Assembly: GCA_964439815.1 (NCBI GenBank)
Contig: CAYTPO010000010.1
Span: 1 to 51,762, forward strand
DNA: 51,762 nucleotides
From: an uncultured Thiotrichales bacterium
Lineage (GTDB): Bacteria > Pseudomonadota > Gammaproteobacteria > UWMA-0217
Direction of reading: 5' to 3'
In this document: positions 37,126 through 47,142 of the stretch, in pieces
Numbering within the stretch: position 1 is the stretch's first letter
Layout of the letters: every line of letters starts with the position of its first letter
Translations under genes and position numbers: made by a program
Notes under the pieces: generated by a model
The model's input: only the letters and a program-made list of their open reading frames with translations
Database searches by the model: none
Told to the model about the DNA's origin: nothing

Positions 37126-37232
37126 TTCAACGCATTGGTAACTGCTCGCCGAGTAATCACATTCATCGTACGATTTTGCCACCAGTGAACAAGAACACAT
37201 CCCGTTGGCCCTGCCCGAGGGCCGATAGCCTA

Positions 37233-38627
37233 TCATGAATCGTTACCTGCCTGCGCCAGAAGCCGTTCCGCCCTGACCTGGCTGGAAAACTTCAGAAAAC
37301 GCTCAACCCAGCGGTTCTGCTTCATATTTCGAAGATGAGCATAACTTGCTACGAGATTCTTGTAGCAATACCCATCCCTGTTCTCCTGAATTCCGGTCCC
37401 ACGAACGACTTCATAGGCAAACTTCGAGCCTTCTGGTAGTCCTTCCAGCTGCGAATAGTGGAATTCGTGTCCGGCTACTTCGCCTATCGGGGCATCCGGC
37501 CACGGCATATCAGCTGTTTCCCTGAGCCGGATATATCCACGGCCGTGAGGTCTCGACGACATGGTGATCTTGCCGGGAATCACGCCAACCATTGCAGCGG
37601 TTCTATTTTGCCATTCAATAGAGCGACTGAGGTACATCAAGCCGCCACACTCGGCATAGCAGGGTAATCCCGATTCGATAGCAGCAAGAACACTGGTTTT
37701 CATGGAACTGTTTGCTTCAAGCCCCCGCAGGGACGTTTCGGGAAAACCGCCCCCGATGAAGAGTCCATCGAGATGTGGCAGTTCCACATCGTTGATCATA
37801 TCGACCCATACGATATCTGCCCCCATTTCCCTGAACGCTTCCAGATCATCGGCATAATAGAATCCAAACGCCGCATCACGAGCAATTCCGATTTTTAGCG
37901 GGTAACGATTGATGGCAATTCGCCGTGGTGGGGCAGGCACTTTTCCAGCCTTGGTGGCAATATTGCGCAATGCCTCCAGATCGACATTGGCACTCACGAC
38001 GTCTGCCAGCATATTGATCGTAGTGGCAGCAGCTCGGTCTTCATTGACCGGAATCAAGCCGAGATGACGCTCCTCAATCTCACCAGACCGGAATCGTGGA
38101 ATGGAGCCCAACACCCTTACCTCGGTATAGCGCTCCACCGACTCGACAAGTTTAGACTCGTGGCGTGGGCCGCCAACCCGATTGAGTATGACCCCGGCTA
38201 GGTTCAGACTTCTATCAAAGTTGGCGTATCCGAGAAGCAGTGGCGCAATCCCTCTCGTCATCCCCATCGTATCGATAACCAGGACAATCGGTAGATCTAG
38301 TAGTCGCGCCAGCGCCGCATTACTGTCTGAGCCCTCCAGATCCATTCCATCGTACAGACCCTTGTTACCCTCGACGATGGAGATATCGGTTGCACTCATT
38401 TTGGCGCCATAAAGCGCCCTGATTTCTTCCCTGCTGGAAGTATAGAAATCGAGATTAAAACAGGCCCTGTCTGCAGCAAGACTCAGCCACGCGGGATCGA
38501 TATAGTCTGGCCCTTTCTTGAATGGCTGGATGCCGGAACCGGTACGGGAAAGTGCTGCACAAATACCCAGCGATACCGTCGTCTTGCCCGAGGACTTGTG
38601 GGCAGCCGATATGTAGATTCCAGACAT
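37233..38627 (-). CDS. dsrN: DsrN, cobyrinate a,c-diamide synthase-like siroheme amidase
   Basis: CbiA/CobB N-terminus ISAAHKSSGKTTVSLG and a C-terminal glutamine amidotransferase block (YAECGGLMYL). Confidence 0.85.
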   Translation of the reverse strand: MSGIYISAAHKSSGKTTVSLGICAALSRTGSGIQPFKKGPDYIDPAWLSLAADRACFNLDFYTSSREEIRALYGAKMSATDISIVEGNKGLYDGMDLEGSDSNAALARLLDLPIVLVIDTMGMTRGIAPLLLGYANFDRSLNLAGVILNRVGGPRHESKLVESVERYTEVRVLGSIPRFRSGEIEERHLGLIPVNEDRAAATTINMLADVVSANVDLEALRNIATKAGKVPAPPRRIAINRYPLKIGIARDAAFGFYYADDLEAFREMGADIVWVDMINDVELPHLDGLFIGGGFPETSLRGLEANSSMKTSVLAAIESGLPCYAECGGLMYLSRSIEWQNRTAAMVGVIPGKITMSSRPHGRGYIRLRETADMPWPDAPIGEVAGHEFHYSQLEGLPEGSKFAYEVVRGTGIQENRDGYCYKNLVASYAHLRNMKQNRWVERFLKFSSQVRAERLLAQAGNDS

Positions 38628-38699
38628 TGCAACGTTCCCGGGTTTTTACAACGTTCGAGTTCAAACCTTTTACAGGATGGGAAGTTTACAGCATCGGAC

Positions 38700-38728
38700 A
38701 CAAAAATGGCGCCCCGTTGGACGCCATT
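38700..38728 (-). terminator. terminator-like hairpin between dsrP and dsrN
   Basis: The reverse strand reads AATGGCG-TCCAACGGGG-CGCCATT followed by TTTG (five consecutive T, two of them in the stem). Confidence 0.35.
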
Positions 38729-38762
38729 GATTTATTCTTTGCCTTTTGCAGCAGATCGATTT

Positions 38763-39986
38763 CTATTTGGTGTGGTGAGGATCCACCACCGCATCGGCCA
38801 GTGACTCGGGCAGGAAGGGCAATATCTTGATGGCAAAGGTAACAATCGCGAGCGCTGTCGCTACTCCACCAATCCCGAGCAGAAGCTCCCAGATGCTGGG
38901 TGAATAGGTACCCACAATACCATCAAAGAAGGTGCTACTGACCTCGGCCTGAGGAAAAAGTACCAGCGGAAACGCCTGACCGCCAATGATCGTAACGTAG
39001 ATTTGTGCGACACCGCCAACGATGACGAGCCCAGCCGTCAATGCAATCAACTTACGGTTATTTGCAATATAGCCGGAGAAAATCAGAGCCAGCGGAATCA
39101 GCGAGCCGATAATGATCTGGAAAATCCAGAAGATGGCTGCGTATGGCCCGCCCCCGTGCTTGCCGGCCAGGATAAACCCCTCCCAGCCGTGATGTTCGGT
39201 AGCATAGAGGTTGGTCAGATGATAGACCGTTACGAAAAACAGGACGGATGCGACGAATACGCCAAGCAAATTGGTAAGCGTCGTAACAACCTTGTCACCC
39301 AATTGGCGATCGGTGTACTTGTAGGCGGCAAATAGGATCAGAATGAAAATGGCCAGCCCAAAGGAGAACGACATAATTATGAACATGGGCGCATAAATCG
39401 CCGCATCGTAGCCCTGGCGAGCAACCAGGAATCCGAAGATACTACCGGTACCAGTGGTAAGAATCAGGCGCCAGATGAACGCTGCTATACCGGCAGGCCT
39501 GCTGAAGCGGTTCATCTTGCGCTCCATCATCATCCAGATATAGACGGCAACCACAGCAAAGAAGCCACTATAGAGGAGAATATTCCAGGTAAAGATCGAT
39601 TTCAGATTGATGTGGGTAACCGTCACCAGCAGACGGTCGGGCCGGCCAAGATCCAGCACAAGCACCATCAACCCGCCCGCGAGCAGGGCGATCGCGGTAA
39701 TCCCGGAGAGACGAGCCATCGGCTTGTAAGTAGGCCGTTTGAATACCGATGAAATGGAAGCAATATTCAAGGCGCCGGAAGCTGCAACAATCAGGAATAC
39801 GGCAAACACATGTGGAAGGCCCCATACGATCTGGTTATTCATTCCGGTAATGACATGACCTTCGGTTTCCATGTGGTGTGCAGAAAGAACACCAATGGCA
39901 GCCAACAAGGCCAATACACCCAACAAGACCAGATAGCCTTTCGAGTTACCCTCTATGGCCCTGTATTTAACTTTTGTATTTGCCAT
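38763..39986 (-). CDS. dsrP: DsrP, NrfD/PsrC-like integral membrane subunit
   Basis: About 10 TM helices, 407 aa, located between dsrO and dsrN. Confidence 0.85.
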   Translation of the reverse strand: MANTKVKYRAIEGNSKGYLVLLGVLALLAAIGVLSAHHMETEGHVITGMNNQIVWGLPHVFAVFLIVAASGALNIASISSVFKRPTYKPMARLSGITAIALLAGGLMVLVLDLGRPDRLLVTVTHINLKSIFTWNILLYSGFFAVVAVYIWMMMERKMNRFSRPAGIAAFIWRLILTTGTGSIFGFLVARQGYDAAIYAPMFIIMSFSFGLAIFILILFAAYKYTDRQLGDKVVTTLTNLLGVFVASVLFFVTVYHLTNLYATEHHGWEGFILAGKHGGGPYAAIFWIFQIIIGSLIPLALIFSGYIANNRKLIALTAGLVIVGGVAQIYVTIIGGQAFPLVLFPQAEVSSTFFDGIVGTYSPSIWELLLGIGGVATALAIVTFAIKILPFLPESLADAVVDPHHTK

Positions 39987-40052
39987 AATCTTCAGTCTTA
40001 TAAATAGAGATTAATGTGAGACCCGATAACCGGGAGGAATCCGCACAGCGGA

Positions 40053-40796
40053 TCAGATACCCTGATATCGCACACCCGTATTCAATCCGAGATCGGCTCG
40101 TATCTGTTTACCGCCGTATTTCACCAGACGCTGTGAAATTTCGCTCTGCGGATCATTCATGTCACCAAATACCATTGCGCCATGTCCATCAACATTGCAG
40201 GCATCCACGCAAGCAGGATTCTTGCCTTTATCAACCCTGTGAACACATAACGTACAGGCTTCAACCGTACCCTTGCCGCGAGGCGCGTGTGCCTTTTGTC
40301 CTGTGACATTCTCATGTTCGAACGAACGTGCCTTGTAGGGACAAGCCATCATGCAATATCGACAGCCGATACAAATATGTCGATCAACCAGAACAATACC
40401 GTCGGCACGCTTGAAAGATGCGCCCGTTGGGCAGACATCGGCACAAGGTGGATTTTCACAATGCTGGCACATCACGGGCAGGCTTGCGACGTGTCCTGTT
40501 GTCGAGTCCTTGACCGTCAACTTGCGAATCCATTGAGGTGTCGTTTCAGGTTTACCCTGATCCTCAATACCATTTTCCTTGTTACAGGCGTCGACACAGA
40601 CATTGCAATCGTTGCATTTGGTGGTATCAATCAGCATGCCCCAACGAACGGCATCAGTAACTGCCTCGTCATCTGCCTTGGCGTTGGCGGCCTGGAACAA
40701 CTTCACTCCCGGTGCCAGCGTCAAGCCCGCAGCAGCAGCTACAGAGCCTTTCAGAAACCTGCGGCGAGAACCGTTACTGTCGATTTTGCTGCTCAT
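40053..40796 (-). CDS. dsrO: DsrO, TAT-exported 4Fe-4S ferredoxin subunit
   Basis: SRRRFLKGSVAAAAG TAT signal. Cys clusters CNDCNVCVDAC, CQHCENPPCADVCP and CIGCRYCMMACP. Confidence 0.88.
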   Translation of the reverse strand: MSSKIDSNGSRRRFLKGSVAAAAGLTLAPGVKLFQAANAKADDEAVTDAVRWGMLIDTTKCNDCNVCVDACNKENGIEDQGKPETTPQWIRKLTVKDSTTGHVASLPVMCQHCENPPCADVCPTGASFKRADGIVLVDRHICIGCRYCMMACPYKARSFEHENVTGQKAHAPRGKGTVEACTLCVHRVDKGKNPACVDACNVDGHGAMVFGDMNDPQSEISQRLVKYGGKQIRADLGLNTGVRYQGI

Positions 40797-40846
40797 CTAT
40801 AAACCTTTCTTGAATCTCGTCTAAACGATACCCTGAGAAGTACTGC

Positions 40847-41227
40847 CTATTCGGCGGCACTGTCAGGCACGGCTCTGTGGCACTGGAAACAATCGATCGT
40901 TACCGCAGCATAGCTGTGGCAGGCATTGCAGAAATGCTCCTTCGAGTCGATGCTGGGGTAAGTACCATCAGCCTTGGGCTGTATATGGCAATTCAGACAC
41001 TCCCGGAGGCTGTACTGTTTTGTCCTGATTCCCTCGTGCATCGTTTTGTCACGCTTATGAAGCAAAAGATCCATATGCGTCTGACGAATAACGTCGGTAG
41101 GTGCAACACAACTATCCCCCTTCCCTTTCGGTATATCCGGAAACGGAACCTCGGCGAAGGAGCTGCCTGGCAGCAGCAAGGCTGCCAGGACGATAGTGGA
41201 TAACAACATTTGCGAGAAAGCGCGCAT
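40847..41227 (-). CDS. dsrJ: DsrJ, periplasmic tri-haem cytochrome c
   Basis: Signal peptide plus CLNCH, CNACH and CFQCH. Confidence 0.88.
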   Translation of the reverse strand: MRAFSQMLLSTIVLAALLLPGSSFAEVPFPDIPKGKGDSCVAPTDVIRQTHMDLLLHKRDKTMHEGIRTKQYSLRECLNCHIQPKADGTYPSIDSKEHFCNACHSYAAVTIDCFQCHRAVPDSAAE

Positions 41228-41241
41228 TACTAAGGCCTCGT

Positions 41242-43191
41242 CTACTCGCCCATCGCCATATCAATATAGCCTGTTGGGCATACGTCGGAACAAATATGGC
41301 AACCAATGCAGCGTGTATAGTCAGTGGCTACATAACGACCTGTGGTTGCCTCGGTCTTCTTAACGCGATACACGGCGTCCTGCGGACAGAAGATGACGCA
41401 GTTGTCACACTCGAAACACAGGCCGCAGCTCATGCAACGATCGGCTTCTTCCTTCGCTTCCTCTTCGGAAAGCCCCTTCATGCGCTCTTCGAAATGATGC
41501 AGAACTTCCTCGGAACTTACTGGAATCTCCTGACGCAAATGACGTGGAGTGAAAGTGAAATGACCCAAGAACATCTTGTCGGTCTTGATGACCTCGTGCT
41601 CGGCCCGATCCTCGAAATTGTGAACCGCGAAATTGGCTTCACTGGTACCACGGAGGTCGCCTTCTTTCTCCACATCGTAGGTTTCAGGTGAAAGCCCTGC
41701 TTCGGCCAATTTATCCAACAAGCTGAAATGATGCTTGTCCACCTTGGGGCGCTTCTTCATTTGGCCCGACTTGAGCAACTGATCGATGCTTTCGGCTGCA
41801 ATGACCGCATGTCCAATGGCCGTTGTCAGCAGATGCGGACGCAAGATATCCCCAATTGCGAAGTGGCCGGGACGTCCCTTGACCTGGAAGTTGCGATCGA
41901 CATCCATGAAACCGTGCTGGTTTCCATAGTCCTCAACGCCTTCAAGATCGGAACTCTGACCAATCGCGGAAACTATCAGATCCGCTTCGATTACCCGTTC
42001 CGTACCCTCTTTCTTGATGGGGGTCATGCCATCCATATCGCAATCGGCAATTTTCAGACCCACCGCGCGACCATTTTCTATGACCAGTTCCAATGGCATG
42101 ACGCCACCCAGAATCTCTACGCCCTCATTGAGCGCGTCCTTGACTTCATGGGGTTGGGCAAACATCTTGTCCACAGGAAACAGGGAGGTCAGTGTTGCGT
42201 CGGCGGGCTCGGCATTTTCAGCCAGGCTTTCATCCTGAACAATGCTGGTATCTTCCAGAGTGGACTCGGGATTGCCGGCTTTCGCGTTGTAACCGATACG
42301 GCGAGCAACCGATACGACGTCAATGGAGGTATCACCACCACCGATACAGACAACCTTCTTGCCTGTCACCTTCATCCGGCCCTGATTGTAGGCCTTGAGG
42401 AAAGCGACAGCCGAAACGCAGTTGGGCGTTTCGTCCCAGCCTTCTACCGGCAAATCACGACCATTCTGGCAACCAACAGCCCAGATAATGGCATCATGTT
42501 CCTTTTCGACATCTTCAATGGAAACGTCGCGACCAACCTTGGTACCCATTCGGGTTTCAACACCCAAATCGAGAATACGCTTTATTTCAGCATCAAGGCG
42601 ATCTCGAGGAATCCGATAGTTGGGAATGCCGTAACGCATCATTCCGCCCAATTCGGAGTTGTCGTCGAAAAGCGTTACCTCATGACCCAGCCTGCGTAGC
42701 TGTTGTGCTGCAGCCATACCACCAGGTCCACCACCGATAACCGCGACTTTCTTGCCTGTGGCTTCGCCTGGCGCGTCAAAGGTAAGATTGTTTTCGAAGG
42801 CATAATCACCGATGAACTGTTCTACCGAGTTGATTCCGACGAAGTCTTCAACCTCGTTCCGGTTACAACCGTCCTGGCAAGGCGCAGGGCAGACTCGCCC
42901 CATGACAGCAGGAAAGGGATTGGAATCCGTGGCGCGGCGAAAAGCATACTCCTGCCAATCGGTACCAGGCGCAGGCTTCTCGATACCCCGGACAATATCC
43001 AGCCAGCCGCGTATATCATGGCCGGAAGGGCAACTGCCTTGACAAGGAGGCGTACGCTGAACATAAACAGGACATTTATGAGATGAATCTCCCTTGAAGA
43101 TCTTGTCAGTCAAATCATCCCATCTATTCTCACCTTCGTGAAACTTTCTAAAGGTGAGGTTTTTCGCCATATCGTCTTGGGAGGTCGCCAT
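41242..43191 (-). CDS. dsrL: DsrL, NAD(P)H:acceptor oxidoreductase (GltD-like with ferredoxin domains)
   Basis: Dinucleotide folds VAVIGGGPGGMAAA and VVCIGGGDTSID. N-terminal Cys cluster. C-terminal CMSCGLCFECDNCVIFCP and CIGCHICSDVCP. Confidence 0.88.
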   Translation of the reverse strand: MATSQDDMAKNLTFRKFHEGENRWDDLTDKIFKGDSSHKCPVYVQRTPPCQGSCPSGHDIRGWLDIVRGIEKPAPGTDWQEYAFRRATDSNPFPAVMGRVCPAPCQDGCNRNEVEDFVGINSVEQFIGDYAFENNLTFDAPGEATGKKVAVIGGGPGGMAAAQQLRRLGHEVTLFDDNSELGGMMRYGIPNYRIPRDRLDAEIKRILDLGVETRMGTKVGRDVSIEDVEKEHDAIIWAVGCQNGRDLPVEGWDETPNCVSAVAFLKAYNQGRMKVTGKKVVCIGGGDTSIDVVSVARRIGYNAKAGNPESTLEDTSIVQDESLAENAEPADATLTSLFPVDKMFAQPHEVKDALNEGVEILGGVMPLELVIENGRAVGLKIADCDMDGMTPIKKEGTERVIEADLIVSAIGQSSDLEGVEDYGNQHGFMDVDRNFQVKGRPGHFAIGDILRPHLLTTAIGHAVIAAESIDQLLKSGQMKKRPKVDKHHFSLLDKLAEAGLSPETYDVEKEGDLRGTSEANFAVHNFEDRAEHEVIKTDKMFLGHFTFTPRHLRQEIPVSSEEVLHHFEERMKGLSEEEAKEEADRCMSCGLCFECDNCVIFCPQDAVYRVKKTEATTGRYVATDYTRCIGCHICSDVCPTGYIDMAMGE

Positions 43192-43248
43192 AGTCTGTTC
43201 CTCTCTTGCTCTAATTTAAACTGTTAAAATTGAGTGCGAATGCCGATA

Positions 43249-44766
43249 TCATTCGGCTTCCGCTTGTTCGCTTTCTTGCTCGGATCCCTTGAGAATAATC
43301 GCATTGCTCACCAACTGGTGGACACTGACAATCTGATCCATTCCAAATCCGTAATAAGGCAGTACCTTTGAAAATTGACTCTTGCATATCGCACAGATAG
43401 CCGCCATATGAGTTACACCTTCCTCTTCGACCACCTCTTGCAGCGCAGTCATGCGTGGTAAAGCGCCCTTGACCCTGACCTCCATGAGATCATCCGTCAA
43501 AAGTCCACCGCCACCGCCACAACAGAAAGTTCCCTCACCAATCGTGTCAGCACGCATATCAACAAAGTTATTGCAAACAGCCTTGATGACAGCGCGAGGG
43601 ATAGTGAACTGACTTCCGGGCTCGGGGCCAATGCGGGAACCACGAGCCACGTTGCACGAATCGTGAAAGGTCAATGTCATGTCATCGTTCAACGACTTGT
43701 CGATATTCAAGGTACCTTTCTTGAGCTCTCCCAGGGTGAACTCGAGAATATGCTGGGGTACCGGATATCTCTGATCAAGAAAATCGAACGGGCCGGCAAG
43801 TGTATTCAGGAAACTGTAGGCGACACGCCATGCATGACCACATTCCCCAAATATGATGCGTTTGACGCCAAGTTCGATCGCGGCTTCCCGAATTCTCAGG
43901 GAAATCCTGCGCATATTTTCATAGCTGCCGATAAACAGGCCAAAGTTTGCTGCTTCAGAGGCTTTTGAACTCATCGTCCAGCTGACGCCGGCCTCATGGA
44001 ATACCTTTCCATAACCGATCAGGCCATCGACATGCGGCTCTGCAAAGAAGTCCGCGGAAGGCGTGATCAAAAGGATCTCAACTCCTTTCACATCCAGAGG
44101 ATACTTCACTGCAACGCCAGTATCTTCCTCTACCTCTTCCTCCAATCCTTCGAGCGTATCCTTGAGCGCAGGCTCGGGAAGGCCAAGGTTGTTGCCAATG
44201 GTGTAAACCTTGCCAATAATCTCGTTGCTGTATTTCATCCCCTTGCCGATGCTCGCCATGATCTCCCTGGCGGCCATGGTAATTTCAGCCGTATCAATAC
44301 CGTAGGGACAGTAGACAGAGCAGCGACGACACTCGGAACATTGGTGAAAATAGTTGTACCAGTCATCCAGGACTTCTTCGGTGAAATCCTCGGCCCCAAC
44401 CAGCTTGGGGAAGAACTTGCCGGCTAGCGTGAAATATCGGCGGTAGACCTTGCGAAAGAGATCCTGTCGCCCAACCGGCATATTCTTTGGATCAGCCGTA
44501 CCGATAAAATAGTGGCATTTGTCGGTGCACGCGCCACATTTGACGCAAGAATCCATATACACCTTCAGTGAACGATACTTCTTGAGCAGATCGCCCATCT
44601 TGGCTACAGCCGCTTCCTGCCAATTGTCAACAAGCCCCTCTGGAAAACCGAGTGGAGCCTGATGCTCGGGCTTGGCCACAAAAGGACCACTTTGCTCCAT
44701 GACACCGGGATTGATGTGCGGAACAATTATGTCTTCTTTTATTTTAGGTACTTCAAAATCAGCCAC
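43249..44766 (-). CDS. dsrK: DsrK, HdrD-like catalytic subunit
   Basis: CVKCGACTDKCH, CSECRRCSVYCP and CCG-domain TFCCGGGGG. Confidence 0.9.
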   Translation of the reverse strand: MADFEVPKIKEDIIVPHINPGVMEQSGPFVAKPEHQAPLGFPEGLVDNWQEAAVAKMGDLLKKYRSLKVYMDSCVKCGACTDKCHYFIGTADPKNMPVGRQDLFRKVYRRYFTLAGKFFPKLVGAEDFTEEVLDDWYNYFHQCSECRRCSVYCPYGIDTAEITMAAREIMASIGKGMKYSNEIIGKVYTIGNNLGLPEPALKDTLEGLEEEVEEDTGVAVKYPLDVKGVEILLITPSADFFAEPHVDGLIGYGKVFHEAGVSWTMSSKASEAANFGLFIGSYENMRRISLRIREAAIELGVKRIIFGECGHAWRVAYSFLNTLAGPFDFLDQRYPVPQHILEFTLGELKKGTLNIDKSLNDDMTLTFHDSCNVARGSRIGPEPGSQFTIPRAVIKAVCNNFVDMRADTIGEGTFCCGGGGGLLTDDLMEVRVKGALPRMTALQEVVEEEGVTHMAAICAICKSQFSKVLPYYGFGMDQIVSVHQLVSNAIILKGSEQESEQAEAE

Positions 44767-44798
44767 TTAAATATCCTCGATTCCCGGAACGATCGGAG

Positions 44799-45539
44799 TT
44801 AGCGTTTATCACCTGATTCGAGCTTTAGCGCCCAACCAACCACGTGCCTCTTTTCGCGAGGATTATCCACCTGATTGCGTGAGGGGCTGAAAAACACTCC
44901 CGGCGCATGCAGTAGTTTACTGAAGGGGAAAATCAGCATCAGCGTAGCAACCAGCAGCATATGTATTACCAGTATCGGACTGGCGGGAAATTCCTGCCAG
45001 GAGAAAATCATGACTCCCATCAGAAATCTTTTTAACTGAATGATATCCGGCGTGCTCACGAAGGTCATCAGCGAACCGCTCAACCCGATACCAATGAGCA
45101 ACAACAGCATGAGATAGTCGGAAGGCGCGGAAATGTATTTGACCCGGTCAACCACAAATCTGCGTGCCAGCAAACCCAGCAGGCCAACCACCATCAAAAT
45201 CGAAGCGTACTTGCCGAAAGGCTGAATCAGCACCACCCACGTCCAAACGGGTTCAATCACGTAGCGGAGATGACGGAGCAATACCAGAAAAAGCCCAAAA
45301 TGAAATAGCCAGCCAAACAACCAAAGCCACTTGTTCGACTTGAACAAACTTTCAAATACAGTAACTTCCCGGGCGAGACGCAACGCAACCCCAGTCCTCG
45401 TAACCGGTGCCGGAGTCGTTGGAATCTTTAGAGGAGCGGGCGTTCTGAAAAAGACCCAGATTCGGTAAGCAAGACCTCCAAACAGGACTATTCCCGCTAC
45501 AGAGTAAAGTAATGCAAAGAAGGCTGTCAGGATCGACAT
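44799..45539 (-). CDS. dsrM: DsrM, NarI-like di-haem b membrane subunit
   Basis: Five TM helices with conserved His residues. Position between dsrC and dsrK. Confidence 0.85.
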   Translation of the reverse strand: MSILTAFFALLYSVAGIVLFGGLAYRIWVFFRTPAPLKIPTTPAPVTRTGVALRLAREVTVFESLFKSNKWLWLFGWLFHFGLFLVLLRHLRYVIEPVWTWVVLIQPFGKYASILMVVGLLGLLARRFVVDRVKYISAPSDYLMLLLLIGIGLSGSLMTFVSTPDIIQLKRFLMGVMIFSWQEFPASPILVIHMLLVATLMLIFPFSKLLHAPGVFFSPSRNQVDNPREKRHVVGWALKLESGDKR

Positions 45540-45615
45540 CTACCTGTTCTCCTCATTAGGAAAGGAATTGTATCCGGCAGGAGCCACAAGGACTCTCTGC
45601 CGTAGAACAAATACG

Positions 45616-45957
45616 TTATACGCAACCAGTCGGCTTGGGCAGACCGGCATACTTACACGCTTGCTTCGCAGGTCCATAGGGGAAAAGCTCATACAGGTAT
45701 TTGCTGTTACCCTTGTCCTTGCCAAGCTTCTTGCCGATAGCCTTGGTCAGAACACGTACCGCAGGAGCAATCTGGTACTCGTCATAGTACTCGCGCAGAA
45801 AGTTGATTACTTCCCAATGTGCGTCAGTCAACTCTGCACCGTCGATCTTTGCCATTTCGGCCGCAATATCTTCATCCCACTGATTCAAATCAGCCAGATA
45901 CCCTTCTTCATCAACTTCGTAGCTCTTACCATTAAGTTCGATAGATGCCATTTTCAA
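45616..45957 (-). CDS. dsrC: DsrC
   Basis: C-terminal arm PAKQACKYAGLPKPTGCV with the two conserved Cys. Confidence 0.95.
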   Translation of the reverse strand: MKMASIELNGKSYEVDEEGYLADLNQWDEDIAAEMAKIDGAELTDAHWEVINFLREYYDEYQIAPAVRVLTKAIGKKLGKDKGNSKYLYELFPYGPAKQACKYAGLPKPTGCV

Positions 45958-45982
45958 TCTCCAAAAAATTTAAACTTAAAAT

Positions 45983-46291
45983 CTATACCCAGGACTGGGA
46001 ACAATCGAATTCCGCTACCAGGTCAACAAAACCACCATAATCAACAACACTGATGCCATCGATCACTTTATCGCGTGAGATTCCTCGGGCATCAAGATCC
46101 GGGCCTAACACGCTTACCTTGATACCTTTCATTGCGTCCTTTACCGCAGCCGAAAACCTGGTGCCATCAGCCGCAGCAATAACACCATCTTCAATCAGCA
46201 ATATCCCTGAGCCTTCTTTTGCCATACGCAGGCAGGCACTGAGAGAATTCCGTTCGAAAGGCGATTTGTTTACAATATGCAGTAATGCCAT
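45983..46291 (-). CDS. dsrH: DsrH (TusB-like)
   Basis: 102 aa, starts MALLHIVNKSPFE. Position after dsrF. Confidence 0.85.
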   Translation of the reverse strand: MALLHIVNKSPFERNSLSACLRMAKEGSGILLIEDGVIAAADGTRFSAAVKDAMKGIKVSVLGPDLDARGISRDKVIDGISVVDYGGFVDLVAEFDCSQSWV

Positions 46292-46303
46292 TCTCTTTAC
46301 CCC

Positions 46304-46711
46304 TTAGAAGCTCAGAATTACTTCTTGCTGATCCATGATTTCCGCCAGTTCGGCAGAAGTCACAACCTGGATGGAATCCTTCTCGGCCCAGTCGTCGTCC
46401 TCATCTTCCCATTTCAGATCCATCAGATCATCGACGGTCAGACCACGTTCATCCAGCGATTCCTTCTCAACATAGAGCTTGTTGACATCATAATCGCCCA
46501 ACGCAGAATAGGTCGGTGAAAAATTCTTCATGCCAATTCCGTCAGTATTCTGACCTTTGGCAATCTGATACACACCATCATCAACGAATGCCATGCTCAC
46601 ATCCTGCTCGAAAGCAGCACTTATAAGCACAACCTCCAGAGATTCAAGCGCATATACCGTTCCGTAAGGCGCTTTTCTGTTAACGAAAAGAAACTTCTTA
46701 ACTGTAGACAT
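46304..46711 (-). CDS. dsrF: DsrF (TusC-like)
   Basis: 135 aa, KKFLFVNRKAPYG. Position supports the call. Confidence 0.85.
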   Translation of the reverse strand: MSTVKKFLFVNRKAPYGTVYALESLEVVLISAAFEQDVSMAFVDDGVYQIAKGQNTDGIGMKNFSPTYSALGDYDVNKLYVEKESLDERGLTVDDLMDLKWEDEDDDWAEKDSIQVVTSAELAEIMDQQEVILSF

Positions 46712-46719
46712 AACGCCCC

Positions 46720-47112
46720 CTAATCACCAAATACAACGGTACGATCAGCCTGGATACCACCTTCAATCAGCTGACCCAACCCTGAGATACGAAAGCCCGG
46801 TGCAATATTGTCTGCATCGAGACCCTGCCGCTTTGCCTCATCAGCATCCATAATGCCGCGACGCTGAGCCGCAGCAATACAGATTACAAGATCAAGCCCA
46901 TGTGCTTCGGCGAGTTCGGTCCAGCCTTTCTGCAGATTCCGGTCATCCTGTGGCGGAACAGTCAGTCTTGTACCGTTATTGACCCCATCGTGATAGAAAA
47001 ACACCCGATAGATCTCATGCCCCTTTTCGAGCGCAGCCTTGATGAACTGCTGCGCACTATCGGAAGCCTGATGCTGGTAGGGACCCTCATTTACCTGAAC
47101 TGTAAATTTCAT
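46720..47112 (-). CDS. dsrE: DsrE (TusD-like)
   Basis: MKFTVQVNEGPYQHQASDSA...VFFYHDGV...LVICIAAAQRRG. Confidence 0.88.
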   Translation of the reverse strand: MKFTVQVNEGPYQHQASDSAQQFIKAALEKGHEIYRVFFYHDGVNNGTRLTVPPQDDRNLQKGWTELAEAHGLDLVICIAAAQRRGIMDADEAKRQGLDADNIAPGFRISGLGQLIEGGIQADRTVVFGD

Positions 47113-47142
47113 AAAGATTTCCTTACAAGAATCCTACAAGAA

